A DNA stretch of 63,787 nt, counting the filler, from Chrysochromulina tobinii (taxonomy: Eukaryota), in the NCBI GenBank assembly GCA_001275005.1. It is 8 parts of 8 records of this genome, joined end to end, with 100 filler letters (N's around TTAATTAATTAA, not from the genome) between each part and the next. Parts side by side here need not be neighbours in the genome. Positions count along the whole stretch, not along the records: positions 17,123 to 26,777 come from JWZX01000481.1; positions 26,878 to 30,530 come from JWZX01000482.1; 6 more parts are not named here. One strand, given 5' to 3'. Made by a program: the position numbers and the translations under genes. A model generated the notes under the pieces. It ran no database searches. It was given only the letters and a program-made list of their open reading frames with translations, and was not told where the DNA came from. Below, in pieces: positions 21,214 through 30,630 of this stretch. Within the stretch, counting starts at the first letter, position 1. Each line of letters begins with the position of its first letter.

Positions 21214-22905
21214 ATGGACGCCGTCTTGCTCTGTCACTATTGCGTGCACAGGGGGTTCGTTCCCAGGCCGGCAACCAAGGGCCTCCCGACGCAGATCAGC
21301 GGGCCGAAGTCGCCGCATCCCCCGCACTGCGATCCATGCCGGCAGGCGGTCAATAAACTCCTCGGCGGTCACCCTAATCCTGCTCTCGCAGAAGCAATGA
21401 GAACAATGAATGTGAAGCTGGAAGCCGTGAGCGTGGACATCGACGCGGCGACCGGGGTGGCCGCGAGACGGGTGGCTCCCTCCACCAACCCCAAAAGGCT
21501 TCGTGGGGCCAGTGCCGCGGTCACCGTGGTAGCGTCCGCCGTGGTAGCGTCCGCCGCCGCTGTCGCTTCCTCGTCACAGTTCGGCATGGTAATGGTTCCG
21601 TCGTCGGTGAGCAGCGCGGCGCATGCGGACATGCAGGAGGAGCTCGCGCGCTCCCAACGTCAGCTGAAGGAGACGGAGGCCAAGCTGCAGGAGGTGGAAC
21701 GAAGTGCGGCCGAGGCGGCGAAGGGGCAGGCGCGCGTGCTCGCCGAGCGTGAAGAGGCGTGGAGCGCGAAGCTGCGCGAGGCACGCGCCGTGTCCGAGCG
21801 CCATCAGACCGAGCTCGACAAGCAGGCCGCTGCGCTGCGCGCGCTCGAGCAGCAGCTCGCGGCGGCAGAAGAGAGGGCGGTGGCGGACAAGGCGCCGCTC
21901 GCCTTGAGCCGCGAGCAGGTAGTCGTCGAGCGGGAGCCGCGCGAGCAGCTCGAGGCGACGCTGCGCGCCAAGTCGCAGGCGCTCGAGGAGGCGACCGTCA
22001 CGATTGCCGAGCTCCGACACCAGCTCGCGGCGGCGACCAAGACGAATGTCGAGCTACGACACCAGCCAGAGTCGGCGACCAACACGAATGCTGAGCTACG
22101 TCACCAGCCAGGGGCGTCGACCGAGACGAATGCCGAGCTACTACACCAGCCAGAGGCGGCGACCGTCACGATTGCCGAGCAGGTCCGACACCAGCTCGCG
22201 GCGGTTGACGAGGCAGTCGATGGGCAAAGGATGGAGGAGGTCGCGTCGGCTCGAGTGGATGTGAAGTACGGGGGGGTCGTGGACATAACGGTGCACTCGC
22301 AACCATGTGGAGGCACACTTGTGATAAGACACTTCGAGATGAGCAACAGCATGAAGCAGCTCTACGCGGTCATCGCCACGAGGCTGGGAGCCACCCGGGA
22401 TGATAAGATTTCCGTGCTACATCTTGGGCGACTGATACCCAATGATGGGACTCCACTCTGTGGGACCTCCATCGCCACGTCTGGGCCCGAAAACAAGCAC
22501 GGCGTGCACTTGACGGTGGCCATAACCAGGAAGGCGGTAGTGGCGTCCATAACCAACAAGTCGTTGGCGGACAATGCGGCATCCGATTCCCGAACACCAG
22601 CAGCCACCGAGAGGTACTTGAAGCCGCTGGAGATCACCGTGAGGATGATGACCGGCGCCAGCTACAAGGTCGAGGATATCGGGCTCCGCCACACAACCGG
22701 GCAGCTGTATGCTCGCGTCGCACAGGTGACAGGAATATCCCTGGATGTCCTATGCGTGTTAACAGGCGAGCGCACTCCACTTCCAAACGACGACACAGTG
22801 ATCGGCGACACCACTCTACGTTGGACGCAGTGCCCATGTGTGTACGCGACGATGCGGAGGTATCATGGTTCGCATAGCCCGAGTCCCGGGGTGGACGAGC
22901 TGTGA
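21214..22905 (+). CDS. Protein with N-terminal Cys/His motif, coiled coil, internal repeats and two C-terminal ubiquitin-like domains
   Basis: CHYC..HCDPC; E/Q/A-rich coil; ATxTNAELRHQ repeats; two beta-grasp-like units (DITVH..MKQLYAVIATRLG..IPNDGTPL; EITVRMMTG..GQLYARVAQVTG..LPNDDTVI). Confidence 0.65.
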   Translation: MDAVLLCHYCVHRGFVPRPATKGLPTQISGPKSPHPPHCDPCRQAVNKLLGGHPNPALAEAMRTMNVKLEAVSVDIDAATGVAARRVAPSTNPKRLRGASAAVTVVASAVVASAAAVASSSQFGMVMVPSSVSSAAHADMQEELARSQRQLKETEAKLQEVERSAAEAAKGQARVLAEREEAWSAKLREARAVSERHQTELDKQAAALRALEQQLAAAEERAVADKAPLALSREQVVVEREPREQLEATLRAKSQALEEATVTIAELRHQLAAATKTNVELRHQPESATNTNAELRHQPGASTETNAELLHQPEAATVTIAEQVRHQLAAVDEAVDGQRMEEVASARVDVKYGGVVDITVHSQPCGGTLVIRHFEMSNSMKQLYAVIATRLGATRDDKISVLHLGRLIPNDGTPLCGTSIATSGPENKHGVHLTVAITRKAVVASITNKSLADNAASDSRTPAATERYLKPLEITVRMMTGASYKVEDIGLRHTTGQLYARVAQVTGISLDVLCVLTGERTPLPNDDTVIGDTTLRWTQCPCVYATMRRYHGSHSPSPGVDEL

Positions 22906-23365
22906 GCTTTGTCCGCTGTATCGCAGTGTCGATCTCGATTCTCGTGTGTCCTCACTGTCCCACCTGTGTCGTCCAGTGTCTTGTCACCTGCGTCAACGTC
23001 TGCGAAGGTTGTAGGTTCCTCGTATTGACACACGCGGACGCCACACCACACAGAGCACACCCACGTCGCTCCTCTCACTGCCTCCCGTGTCCCGTCTCCC
23101 TGTAGATCGATGAAACATGAATGAATCGTCGCTCTTACGAATCCCATCGCGCTCGCATGTGCCACACACACAGGTCACACACAGGACACACACGACGGCG
23201 CTGCATAAGCGGAGCGCTTTGGTCGGCACTCGTGTGGGCCCGAGAGATCCGCAATCCCTGAAACGAACGAACAAGTTCCCCGCAAGGGAACCGTGTTGTG
23301 AATGAGATCTCCGGCGCGCCTTTGCGAGGTTGTCTTTCGTCGGCCGCAGGCGGGCGCCCTCAGCT

Positions 23366-24634
23366 ATGCAGCCAGCATCGAAGCTGGCGCGCGCCTCCGC
23401 CCCTCCATCGTCCGCGCCGATCGAGCTCGGCGGCGGCCTCGCCGAGAAGCCGAGCGCCATCGCCAAGTTCCGCGATGGTCGCCTCACCGACGTGGAGGTG
23501 TTGGCGTCGGACGGTACCAGCTTTCGAGCGCACGCCCTGTGCCTCACTTCGGGGTCCGATTACTTTGAGAAGCGGCTGGACGTCGAGCTGTGGGGTTGCA
23601 CCGCCGGTCAGCCGCTCTACCTGCCCGAGGTCCCGAAGGAAGGGCTCGCCGCATGCCTCGAGTTCATCTACACGGGGCGCTGCGCAGTCGCCGACGAGGC
23701 CGAGCTGATCGTCGTCCTCGAGGCGGCGGCCTATCTGCAGATTCCACCGCTCGTGGACGCCGCCGCCAAGGCGATGAGGGCACGCCTGAGCGCGTCCACT
23801 TCCCTCTCCTTTTTGGCCGTCGCCGAGCGGCAGAGTTTGAGCCAGCTCGCGGCCGACGCGCTGTCGGCCGCGGCTCGCCTGTTTGCGAAGATCGCAGCGA
23901 CGTCCGCGTGGCTGAGCGCGCCCGCGGAGACGGTGCGTGTGCTGCTCGCTTCCGACCGCCTCGAGGTGGCTGATGAAAAGGCTGTGTACTCGGCAGCGGT
24001 CAAGTGGCTGCACACCCAGGCGCCTCCACCCGCCGAGGACGACGCGCTGGCACTGCTTCGGCTGGTGCGCTTCCCGCTGCTGAGTCGCGAGTTTGTGCAA
24101 GAGACGGTGCACAACGAGCCGCTGTTGAGGACGGTTGCTGGCAGGCAGATGCTGAGCAATTCTGTCTTCGACGCCCTGCACGGCGACTCGGTGCCTCGTC
24201 GTATGGGCTTCGAGAAGCTCTACTGTGTGGGTGGGGCGACGAGGGAGGGAAAGGGCGATCCTACGTTTCGCCGATACGACTTCGTGACGGGTCGGTGGGA
24301 GGCGCTGGCATCCATGGCCATGGCTGATTGGGGCGGAGTGGCGGCGGTGCTCGGCGGCCAACTTTACTCAATGGACAATTCAGCCGATAACGACATGCCC
24401 GTGCCCGCCGCTGTTGAGCGGTACGATCCGGCGACGAACACCTGGGAGGTAGTCGCACGGATGTCTGTGGCACGAATTTCCCCAGCGGCGGCGGTTGTCA
24501 GCGGCAAGCTGTACATGGTGGGTGGTCGTAACGACGGCTACGATCACATCAGCTCCGTCGAGCGGTACGATCCGGAGGCGAATGCCTGGGAGGCAGTCGC
24601 CCCGATGTCCACGGGACGCCGGGCCGTGGCGTAG
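23366..24634 (+). CDS. BTB-BACK-Kelch protein, truncated after three Kelch repeats
   Basis: LTDVEV..FRAHALCL..SDYF (BTB), VYSAAVKWL..LVRFPLL (BACK), three VGG..RYD..W repeats, then TAG. Confidence 0.88.
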   Translation: MQPASKLARASAPPSSAPIELGGGLAEKPSAIAKFRDGRLTDVEVLASDGTSFRAHALCLTSGSDYFEKRLDVELWGCTAGQPLYLPEVPKEGLAACLEFIYTGRCAVADEAELIVVLEAAAYLQIPPLVDAAAKAMRARLSASTSLSFLAVAERQSLSQLAADALSAAARLFAKIAATSAWLSAPAETVRVLLASDRLEVADEKAVYSAAVKWLHTQAPPPAEDDALALLRLVRFPLLSREFVQETVHNEPLLRTVAGRQMLSNSVFDALHGDSVPRRMGFEKLYCVGGATREGKGDPTFRRYDFVTGRWEALASMAMADWGGVAAVLGGQLYSMDNSADNDMPVPAAVERYDPATNTWEVVARMSVARISPAAAVVSGKLYMVGGRNDGYDHISSVERYDPEANAWEAVAPMSTGRRAVA

Positions 24635-24867
24635 ACCGCCGCGCGCATTTCGTCACCCGGACGTCGCGACACCACTCGCGCTCGTACACCTCGTACACGC
24701 TACACCTCGTACACCTCGTACGCCTCGTACGCCTCGCACGCGCATGCCCTCACCCCCCCACCCCCCCTTTTCGCAGATGCTCACCACGGCAAGGCACCAC
24801 CACGCGCGTCGGCGGGCGATGTAGCCTCGCCCCACGCGACACAAAGCGCGCGCACATAAACACCCAC

Positions 24868-25365
24868 TCAAATGGATAACAACGCATACTGAAGGCCAGC
24901 CACCGCTCCGACGCCCCCCTCGATGAGCGCCATGCCGGCCACTGTCACCCACGCATCCGACTCGGGATCGTACCGCTCGACCGAGCTGAGATAATCGCAA
25001 TCTTCCGCCCATCCACCCATCACGTGCAGCACGCCGTCGACCACCACCGCCGTTGGATAGCGACGTGCCGTGGACATCGAGGCCACCTCCTCCCACTCCT
25101 TCGTCGACGGATCGTACCGCGCGACCGAGCTTAGCTCCCCATCGTCTCCGTCTTCCTCCGCGCCGCCCATCACATACAGTTTGCCTTCGAGGACCGCCGC
25201 AGCCGAAGCGTATATCTTCCCTATTGGATGCGGTGCGACCACCTCCCAGGCATTCGACTGCGGATCGTACCGCTCGGCAGAGCTGCGCCCATCTGTACTA
25301 TGTTTCTCCGCCCCGCCCACCACGTAGAGCTTCCCGTCAATTGCCGCCGCCACCGCCCAGCGCCC
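24868..25365 (-). pseudogene. Three Kelch repeats (C-terminal half of a propeller) on the opposite strand, with no own ATG
   Basis: KLYVVGG..ERYDP..W, KLYVMGG..RYDP..W, LHVMGG..ERYDP..W; begins at GRWAVA, matching the GRRAVA end of the + strand gene. Confidence 0.85.
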
Positions 25366-25793
25366 GCTCCCGATACGGATCAGCGAGGTCTTCGTGCGCT
25401 CCCGATCCCGACAAATATTAACCACGACTATTGATAATCTCGTTTCTCTCGTTAAGGCCCCACCACGCTCGAATGGTACCACACGCACAAACTGGTGACA
25501 CTCACACACTGACACGCGATCTCACTCTCTAAAATGGTTTACGACCGGTAGATTGACTGACGAAACTCAGTGACTTGCCTAACCTCGCTCTCGCACATGT
25601 ACCCACATGACACACACATACACACACACGCACTCAGACTCACGAATGTTCTCACCTTTGAGATGTTCTCGGGCGTCGCGAGCCCTCCCGGCGATGTTCG
25701 CGAGGGCTGTCTTCACGCGATTCGGTGGGGCTTGATCGCCGCGGCAGAGGGGCGAGGTTGGCACTCGCGGAGTCATCGACGCGCCGCAGCGCT

Positions 25794-26618
25794 TCACGGA
25801 CGTGTCACGCTTGGGCCTGCCGCCGCCTCGTGGCGGCCGGGCAGAACCGCGAAGAGCGAGGTCGGAAGCTGCGGCGCCGAGCCGGGCTTGGAAGCCGTGC
25901 ACCACTTACGCACGAACTCGTCGACGTCGACGACGGTCGCGCCCTCGGTGGGCGTTCGGAAGATTGCGTACGCCGCGAGGTGCTCGCCCCCCGACGTTTC
26001 GGCGTCCCACCGTGGCAGCCGTGGCTTCTGGGCGCCGAGCTTGATGGGGCGCCAGCATCGCCAGATGACGTCGCACAGCAGCGTCTCGAGCGCGCCTCCG
26101 GTGAACAGGCCCGAGGCGAGCTCGGCGCACATGTTCTCCAGCCCGCGCAGGGCGGGGGTCGCGCTCGCGCATTCGAAGACCGCCGCCTCGAGCGGCCGGC
26201 GCCCGTCCGAGCCGGCGGTCTCGAGCTGCACCTTGAGCGCGGCCATGAAGGCGCCCTCGTCGACCACGGACCAGTCGAGGCCCAGCACCGCCGCCAGGAA
26301 CTTGAGCGCGTTGCGCGAGCCTTGACCTCCTCTGAGATACGGATCCAGCACCCCCGCTACCAGGCCCGTCCCCTCGAGGTAGGTGAGCGTGCGTTTGGAG
26401 CAGAGCTTGCCGCCGCCCGGCAGCTTTTCGAGCTCGGCGAGCAACGCGCGGGCGCCGTCGGGGCGCTTGGCGGCCTCGTGCAGCGCCTCGCTTTTCGCCA
26501 TCAGGGTGTGGATGAGCGAGAGGTTCGTGCGCGAGCCGTCGGCGTAGCCGGCGAGCGAGCGACCCTGGCCCGCGCCCGGCTTCGAGTCCCGCAGCAGAGG
26601 GCAGCGACTTGCGACATG
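25794..26618 (-). CDS. HhH-fold protein, possibly amino acid:DNA transferase (aGPT-Pplase/HMUDK-helical)-like; 5' end frameshifted
   Basis: LEKLPGGGKLCSKRTL (HhH-like), GGQGSRNALKFL and ETLLCD resemble the LPGxG..GPGA..GL..ExxLCE pattern; by-eye match only. Confidence 0.4.
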   Translation of the reverse strand, partial: HVASRCPLLRDSKPGAGQGRSLAGYADGSRTNLSLIHTLMAKSEALHEAAKRPDGARALLAELEKLPGGGKLCSKRTLTYLEGTGLVAGVLDPYLRGGQGSRNALKFLAAVLGLDWSVVDEGAFMAALKVQLETAGSDGRRPLEAAVFECASATPALRGLENMCAELASGLFTGGALETLLCDVIWRCWRPIKLGAQKPRLPRWDAETSGGEHLAAYAIFRTPTEGATVVDVDEFVRKWCTASKPGSAPQLPTSLFAVLPGRHEAAAGPSVTRP

Positions 26619-26777
26619 CCCACGCGCGCGCCCAGAGAGGCCCCACCACGCTCGCTTGTGGTACCACACACACTGGTGACATTCACACTCTCTCTCTCAT
26701 ACTCCGCCCGTGTGCCCCTCCGCCGTGCTGGCGCAGACGCACGCCACGCGCGCAGCGGCCCTCGAGCGATCGATAAA

Positions 26778-26877
26778 NNNNNNNNNNNNNNNNNNNNNNN
26801 NNNNNNNNNNNNNNNNNNNNNTTAATTAATTAANNNNNNNNNNNNNNNNNNNNNNNNNNNNNNNNNNNNNNNNNNNN
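26778..26877. other. Artificial contig linker
   Basis: N44-TTAATTAATTAA-N44. Confidence 0.98.
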
Positions 26878-28361
26878 CTCCGCCTCGAGCTCGCGCGCGG
26901 CTTCCACAGCTGGATCGAGTGGCTCGACGAACGGCGGCGGCTCTCGGCGGCCGCGAACCGTCCGCGCAGCCCCGAAAAGTCGCGCGGGATGCGTAGCTGG
27001 AGCGCGGCCGCCGACGAGCAGCGCCAGCTGCGCTCCGTGCTGACCCAGTGGCACAAGCCCGCGATGCGCCGCCTCGTGCACCGGTGGCGGCGCCTGTCGG
27101 CCGAGGCGCGGCGCGAAAAGGAGCAGCGGCAGCTCTAGGAGGAGTATGAGCGACGGCTGCGCGAGCGCCTTGAGCAGGAGCGCTCGGAGGCGGGGGAGGC
27201 CCTCGCGAGCAGCCTCGACGCGGCCGCGCGCGAGCCGCTCTCGCTCTCGCTGCAGGCTGAAGAGGCAGCGGCCGATGCGGCGCGTCTCGCGCACGAGCAT
27301 GCGCGGCTGGTCCGACGGCTTGCCGAGCAAGGCGCGCGCCATCTGCTCCAACGCGGCCTCTCGCGCGCCCTCAACACGTGGCACGCGCTCGCGTACCAGA
27401 GACGCATGATGCTCCAGTCGCTCGGGTTCATCCGCAACCCGGCGCTCGGGAAGGCGTTCCGGGAGTGGAGGCGCTGGAGTGAAAAGGCGCGCGAAGACGC
27501 GGACGAGGCGGGGCGCGCGGCGCTCGCGGCGGACCGGCTGAGCAAGCAGGAGCAGCGGCTGATGGCGGAGGCCGCGAGGCGCGAGGCAGAGATGGCCCGG
27601 CGAGCGCGGGAGTCAGAGGTGGAGCGGCTGGTGATGCGGGGAGAGCTCGAGGGGTGCGAGATCGAGGAGATGCAGCGGCGGCGGCTCGCGCTTCGGCAGC
27701 AGGCGATCGACGCCATGCGCCATCTCTTTCGGTAAAGCATCTCGATGGCCTTCTAGCGCTGGCAAGAGTACCGCGAGGCGCGTGCCAAGGCCCTCGGGCC
27801 GCCCACACCCGAGGAGACGGTGGCGCTCGAGCTCTTGAAGGGCGAGATGCACGAGATCGAGGCCGAGATCGCGCGGGGAACGAAGAGCCAAAGGGAGCGC
27901 GACGCGGCAGCCGCCGAGAGAGATGCGATGGGCACCCGCCTCGCCGAGCTCAAGCGTCTGCAGCGGCAGCGCGCCCTGCGGGTGCTCGCGCTTCGCGTGC
28001 GGCTGCCGGCCGTCTTCCGCCGGTTCCGGCGTGACTTGGAGCAGAGGCAGCGCTCGAGAAGTAGAGCGAGGCCGAGCGCGCGGAGCTGCGTGCGCTCGAC
28101 GTGCAGCGGCATCGTGCTGAGCGGGAGGCGGCGGAGCGCGAGCAATGGCAAATGCACATGGAAGAGCAGATGCAGGAGCGTCTGCGGCTGGCCAAGTCCG
28201 AGTCGGAGGCGACGCTGGCCGAAGTGCTCAAGCGCTCGTGCGACGACGAGGTGCGCTCGCTCGAGCAGCAGCTGCGCGAACGAGACGTCGAGCTCCAGCA
28301 GCTTCGAGCACGCACGCGCCAGGGGGTCATGGAGCAGGGGATGCGCCGGACGCTGATGTGA
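26878..28361 (+). pseudogene. Coiled-coil protein with Sfi1-like Trp repeats; four in-frame stops and one frameshift
   Basis: One frame reads LARGFHSW..LVHRW..LSRALNTW..GKAFREW..MAF*RW through stops at 27136, 27733 and 27754; frameshift at ~28045; further TAG at 28062. Confidence 0.7.
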
Positions 28362-28620
28362 GTAGAGTATGATGTGAGTACAGTCTTTGTTTTTTAAGGG
28401 TGCTAGCTAAAAACCTAAAACGCGCCGCCACCGATGTACGATCGCACGCACGCGCTCCTCGACGGCTGCTCCATGACCCTGGTACGTGGTAGTCCAGACC
28501 CCAGTGAGGGACGAGCGGACACGCCAGACAGCGAGCGACACCAGCGCGACCGAAAGACACCTCACCGAACCGCTCACCTCGCTCGCTCCCGCCTCGATCC
28601 CGCCTCGCTCGCGCGCGTGC

Positions 28621-29238
28621 TCAAGGTGCGGCGTACTTGCGGCAGTTGCCGACGTGCTGCAGTCCCTGGAGGTTGTACTGGAGGCCGATGTACTCGTAGC
28701 ACTTGATTTCGATCTGGCCCTGCTCGTACGCGTCCATGTAGTCTTGGAAGCTCCGGCCCTGGCTCATGGTCGGGCGCTTGGGGTCGATGTGGTCGAGCTG
28801 GAAGGACGAAACACCGTACGGTACGCCCGAACGGCTCACGTAGCCGAGAGCCCGGCCGGTCTTGCAGCAGATCAGCTTGCCCTCGGCGCCTAGCATCTCC
28901 TTGAGCTTGATGGCGCCTTCATTAGGTGCTCCGGTGCTGGTCCGCGGAGTGTAGGACTGTGCGAGTGAGAACTTGTTGATGGCCTTCTCGTCGATGTAGT
29001 AGTATGGGTTACCCGCAGCGTTCCGTGTCACGCACAAGGGCGCGCCCTTGATGAGCGGCCACTCGGCGATGACGCGCTTGCCGGGCTCCACCTTGCCTTT
29101 CATCTTCTTGAGGGGCGCCTTGTCGACGACGCCGTTCTGGAAGTGTGCGCGCGCGTGCTCGCTGCGGTGTGCGCCCTTGATGCGGCGGTTCTTGGTGGCG
29201 AGGTTCTTGGCGGCGCGCGCGCGCTTGCGCACAGTCAT
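28621..29238 (-). CDS. Basic protein with an HNH (His-Me finger)-like motif
   Basis: ICCKTG..FQLDHIDP..IEIKC; strong coding codon bias; the distal N/H ligands are not clear. Confidence 0.5.
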   Translation of the reverse strand: MTVRKRARAAKNLATKNRRIKGAHRSEHARAHFQNGVVDKAPLKKMKGKVEPGKRVIAEWPLIKGAPLCVTRNAAGNPYYYIDEKAINKFSLAQSYTPRTSTGAPNEGAIKLKEMLGAEGKLICCKTGRALGYVSRSGVPYGVSSFQLDHIDPKRPTMSQGRSFQDYMDAYEQGQIEIKCYEYIGLQYNLQGLQHVGNCRKYAAP

Positions 29239-29294
29239 CCTCTGAGTCTAGCTTTCCGCGAGGAGTGCGGTGAAGTTTGCGCATGCAAGTACCA

Positions 29295-29401
29295 AAGTCA
29301 AGTCAAGTCAAGTCAAGCCACCACTGCTGGCCGCCGGAGCACAATCGATAAGCTTCCGTATGGTTGTTGTCTAGTGTTTATGTGAGACTTGACTTGACTT
29401 G
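29295..29401. repeat. Inverted pair of (AGTCA)n / (TGACT)n microsatellites
   Basis: AAGTCAAGTCAAGTCAAGTCAAG at ~29295-29317 and GACTTGACTTGACTTG at ~29386-29401. Confidence 0.85.
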
Positions 29402-30036
29402 CTACCACGCTTTTTCACACATTCAGCTTGATGTTCTCGGATCAAAAAGCGTATCGTTGCCGGCATCGAGATGGGGCAGATGCCGTTACTCGAGTCTCGA
29501 CCCAAAGGAGAGTGGAGTGGTCTACTATTTTCATGTTTATAAGGGCCCAACCCTGCACCTGTTTGGGAATTGAATGCTAGGAAAAGGTGAAGCGGCGTTG
29601 CAAACGAATATTTATGTCACGGTTGGGGCGGCGGCAGCAGCTGCGGCGACCCCAGCGGCGGCGGCGGTGGCGGCGCCTTTGCCTGCTTACGTAATCGCGC
29701 GCGCTACGACTCCAACGCCTCTACGGCCGTCGCGCCGCCCGTGTGCACCGAGAGAGCGCGGCGTAGGAAGCAGCTTGCGGGCGTGCAGCACGCCTTCGAC
29801 TGTCTCAAAACCCACCAGCGCCGCCCAGACACGCTGCACCATCAGCACCTCCTCGCGCGTGCGCGTGCGCGCGCCCCGCTGTGAGCTTCGACACGACGCC
29901 AGCGCCCCCGAGAGGGCCGCCCGAAGGCGCCGAGCCGAGGATGGAGGAAGCCATCAACGAGGCGGGCATTCCGGACATGCCCCCCTCAGGCCACACTCGG
30001 CTGGACAACTCGGCAGCGGTCACCGAGGTGGCGGTC

Positions 30037-30069
<33 letters not shown>

Positions 30070-30530
30070 TGTCGAGCGTCCGGCGGAGGGGACAGCGTCA
30101 TCGGAGGCAGGGGCGCGACCGAAGGTGGTGCGTCAGCGCCCGCGGCGGCGCCCTCGCGATGGATGACGCTCACCGCGGCGACGCTCGACACGGCGCTCGA
30201 CACGGCGATGCCCGTCACGCCCGAAACGGCACTCGCCATGGCGCTGGCCATCTTCTTTGCGTGCGCCTCCGCGGAGCGTAGGAAGCCAAGCTCGAGCATC
30301 GCAGCCCCGAACTCGTGGTAGCGCAGCCCGCTCGCGGTCCGGCCGAGCGTCTCGTAGATGAGACCGCGGTCTGGAAGAGCTCTTCTTGCTCCGACTCAAC
30401 CGCACCCGCCACACCTGCCATAGGCTCGGACGAGTCACGGCGAGAGCTTGGTGGTGGCGGCGTGTTCAGCACCAGCGCGCCGCCGCCCCCGCCGCCCCTG
30501 CCGCCACCGCCCCCGCCGCCGCCCCCCCAG

Positions 30531-30630
30531 NNNNNNNNNNNNNNNNNNNNNNNNNNNNNNNNNNNNNNNNNNNNTTAATTAATTAANNNNNNNNNNNNNN
30601 NNNNNNNNNNNNNNNNNNNNNNNNNNNNNN
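30531..30630. other. Artificial contig linker
   Basis: N44-TTAATTAATTAA-N44. Confidence 0.98.

Noticed and set aside
26878..28361. Genome-wide UAR-to-Gln genetic code
   Set aside because: Conserved genes here end correctly at TAA/TAG (FNR, GSR), and the locus also has a frameshift.
29690..30530. Minus-strand coding fragment (YHEFGAAMLELGFL..EEVLMVQRVWAAL)
   Set aside because: It looks protein-like but needs several frame changes and has no identifiable domain; too weak to call.
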